Part shown: positions 61,196-64,000 of the stretch, in pieces
Layout: each line of letters begins with the position of its first letter
Numbering within the stretch: the stretch's first letter is position 1
Assembly: GCF_006345805.1 (NCBI RefSeq)
Contig: NC_043002.1
Span: 35,526,001-35,590,000 of the forward strand
DNA length: 64,000 nucleotides
Direction: 5' to 3'
DNA from: Octopus sinensis
Taxonomy: Eukaryota
The notes under the pieces: generated by a model
Database searches by the model: none
What the model was told of the DNA's origin: nothing
The model's input: only the letters and a program-made list of their open reading frames with translations
Program-made: the position numbers and the translations under genes

Positions 61196-63287
61196 ACACA
61201 AGGCAGTGGATTAAAGGAATTGCTAGAATTTCAGCCAAAATACCTTGCAGGATTTGTTTCTGCTCTTTACATATCTGTGTTTGTTTGTGATGGCACTGAT
61301 GTCAAGCTGTGTCAGCCCTGTGTCCTGAAGAGGAACTTTTAAGGTAGTTACTTTGTCAACCCTCACTGATAGGGGCCTTACACTGTATACACACACACAC
61401 ACACATGTAATCAAACTTATGTTGTGTTTGTGTATATGTAAAGTTAAACAGTATTGAAAAAGTAACCTCAATATTTCAGAATACTCCAAAGCAGTTTTAA
61501 AATCTGTGGAATTGAAAATGCAGACAATAATAAATTATGTAGAACTGGTTCAAATATTAGTTTACTTGATAACTGCTCTTATTGTTATTATTGTTATTGT
61601 TAACAACTCTGTAAGGTCACTGAGAGCCATTATAAAATATTAAAGTAAAACTTCACCACAGATACTATAATGGTGTGAGTGGTTCCATCATGACCTTCAA
61701 CATTGTTCAGAATATTCTTGTAATGTGTTGGTTGCACCTAATTGCTAAAATAACTATCTTTGTGCTATATGCTGTCTCTATCAGGGCTAAGCTGGAGCTT
61801 CGCAATAATAACAGCTTGTGTTCTAGTATTTTCATCATCATCATCACTTAACATCCACTTTCCATGCTGGCATGGGTTGGACAGTTTGACAAGAGTTGGC
61901 TAGGCAGAAGACTACAGACTTCTGTCTGTTTTGGCATGGTTTTTCACATCTGGATGCCCTTCCTAACAACAACCACTCAGCAGAGTGGACAGAGTGTTTT
62001 TTTACATGGTACAAGCATTGGCGAGCTTAGTTTTGGCATGGATTTTACAGTCGGATGCCCTTCCAAATGCCAACCACTTTACACACACATACACATGACA
62101 GCCTTCCATACAAGGAGGCATTTGTTCAAGGTACCACACAATGATGCCATTCTTCCCTACCATGGCAGTCAACGCAAACCTGACAATGCTTATTTCCTTA
62201 CAATGTACAAGACAGACAGAAAGAAAGAGTTGTGTCTCGAGAAAGAAGAAATTTAAGGACCCAATGTGGCAGAACAAAAATAGCAATATCAACTTTTGTC
62301 AGCATAATTATGAATCTGACAGTTTCTGGTATTTCTTAAAACATGTACAGAAAGACAGCAATTAAAATCCCATGGACACACCCCCTACTCCAACAAACTA
62401 TTTTCACACACCCTACCACCCCCAACAAACTAAAGTACGTCTCCTCTTCTCTTCCTCACATTTCATCTTTTTCATGCAGCATGCTTATGCTTATATGCTG
62501 CTCTCCAATCCTGTTCTCACTGCCGGCTCATTGTATCATTGCTATCCTGTTGTCTCCCACCCCCTCTATATACCCAGGTTTCACCAGTCACTACATTCCC
62601 CACCTCAGTACTCTTTGCATTCATGTAAATTCCCTACTCCCTATTCATGCATCTATGGAAATGCCCTACCATTTATATTCTGATCCCTGTACCTTGAAGG
62701 TATGTCCTGGCACATCGTCATCCTGCTCTCTGTCTCTTGCTTTTTCCTTGTCTGGCCAGCCATGTATCTCCTCTACAGCAAGACCCCTGTTTCTGTCTGT
62801 TACTATAACTTTTCATCATCTGGCACAAGGCCACCTCCTCCAATGCACCCCCCCCCGATCTTTGTCTTGCAAGTTACTTGGTGACACTGCCAATGCTGGG
62901 GCTACATAAAAAGCATCCAATCCACACTGTAAAGTGGTTGACATCCAACCTATGCTAGCGTGGAAAGTGGATGTTAAATGATGATGATATATATAGGTGT
63001 GTATGTGTATACATATTTCAGCATGTTTTTACATTAACATCATTTCAGCAATTGTGATGCATGTTTATGTCTCCCATAAGCAGTATATATCCATAGCTCA
63101 GCAGTTTTGATGTATGACACCAGTGGAATAATAAAAAAATTTCTTGAGAGACAAGCAAAGGTTGTAAACAGGAAAAGCATTTGCCCACAGAATACCCCTC
63201 TGTTTTGTCTAACTCTTGCCATCATAAATAAACAATGATGATGCTGTTCATCATGATATTCTTGTGTTTGAGCATTATACTTTAAAC

Positions 63288-64000
63288 CAGTGGTTCCCAA
63301 CCTTTTTCAGCTCAGAGACCATTTTTTACTTGAAAAAATTTCTAGGGACCACTTCTACTTTTACTTTATACTGTTCTATCTTAATGAAAAGTCAAAATAG
63401 TCTATTTACACTTTAACATTTATTTTAGGAAACCAAAGATAAAATTTAAAATTTATTTTAGTAAACAAAGATAAACACAAGATATCAAGATCATTTGTCA
63501 TAAAGTCATTCATTTCTAGTCCATTCAGCTAGTGACTAGCTTGATATTGGTGTTTCTGACACAAGATATCATAATCAATTTTAATGAACTCATTTAGTCT
63601 TAGTCTGATAGTTCCTCTGCTGTTGACATCTAATTTATTTCTTTTTCTACTTAAAATATCTACAACAGCTGAAAATGCAGATTCCACAATCCATGTGGTA
63701 GGGAAAGAAATGATGCTTGCTTCTACATGTTGAAAAATATTTGGGTGTGATTCCTTTATCGATATGTAGGCAAAGACACCTTATTTTTCAACTCTTCTTC
63801 TCAGTTTCATATTCTCTTTCAAATCCGACATTTCAGCCAACTCAAAATTTTCATCTCTTGGTTCATAATTTTCTAGGTCTATAAACCAGAGTGGATAATC
63901 CATCTTTAATAAATCTTTGTATCTTCTCTCAAAGTCTTCATGAAGATCTTCAAGATGGGTGATGCATGCAGCAATGCATTCTGATGTAGGAGCAATCGTG
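63288..64000 (-). mobile_element. hAT (Charlie-type) DNA transposon right end with transposase C-terminus (63529-64000, one premature stop)
   Basis: TIR CAGTGGTTCCCAACCTTTT preceded by CTTTAAAC; minus strand reads ...HLEDLHEDFERRYKDL...EK*GVF...FPTTWIVESAFS...RKRNKL...IRLRL...CQKHQYQASH*, the hAT dimerisation-domain pattern. Confidence 0.9.

Noticed and set aside
62865-62910. ...KLLGDTANAG as the final anamorsin exon (expected CYLGDAFRC)
   Set aside because: It has no Cys motif and is part of an RTE-tail repeat. I found no CYLGDAFRC-encoding exon in 58353-64000.

Overview
AT-rich, repeat-dense animal genomic DNA, very likely an octopod cephalopod (Octopus-type). The taxon is my recognition of the SINE and RTE repeat families and was not checked against a database. 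Two spliced genes diverge from a TE-packed interval at about 17.3-29.5 kb. (1) Minus strand: a TPX2 spindle-assembly gene. Ten coding exons from the ATG at 17018 to 1504 join with consistent GT-AG phases into 558 codons; the 3' exons appear to lie left of the window. (2) Plus strand: an anamorsin/CIAPIN1 (Dre2) Fe-S assembly gene. Five coding exons from 40427 to 58352 give 260 codons; the last exon appears to lie right of the window. The rest is mobile DNA and simple repeats: RTE LINE pieces, tRNA-derived SINEs, mariner, hAT, piggyBac-type and Tc1-type MITEs, Helitron-like elements, a decayed CRE-clade retrotransposon with an N-terminal PHD finger, and two large fold-back palindromes. The most unusual observations are the 1.36-kb near-perfect palindrome (22846-24206), the PHD-bearing CRE element, a ~200-bp duplication flanking a 51-bp RTE stub, a copy-number-variable hairpin array in the RTE 3' UTR, and inverted RTE tails bracketing two anamorsin exons. 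I found no CRISPR, rRNA or tRNA genes. Most short ORFs in the supplied track are microsatellite or TE artefacts.
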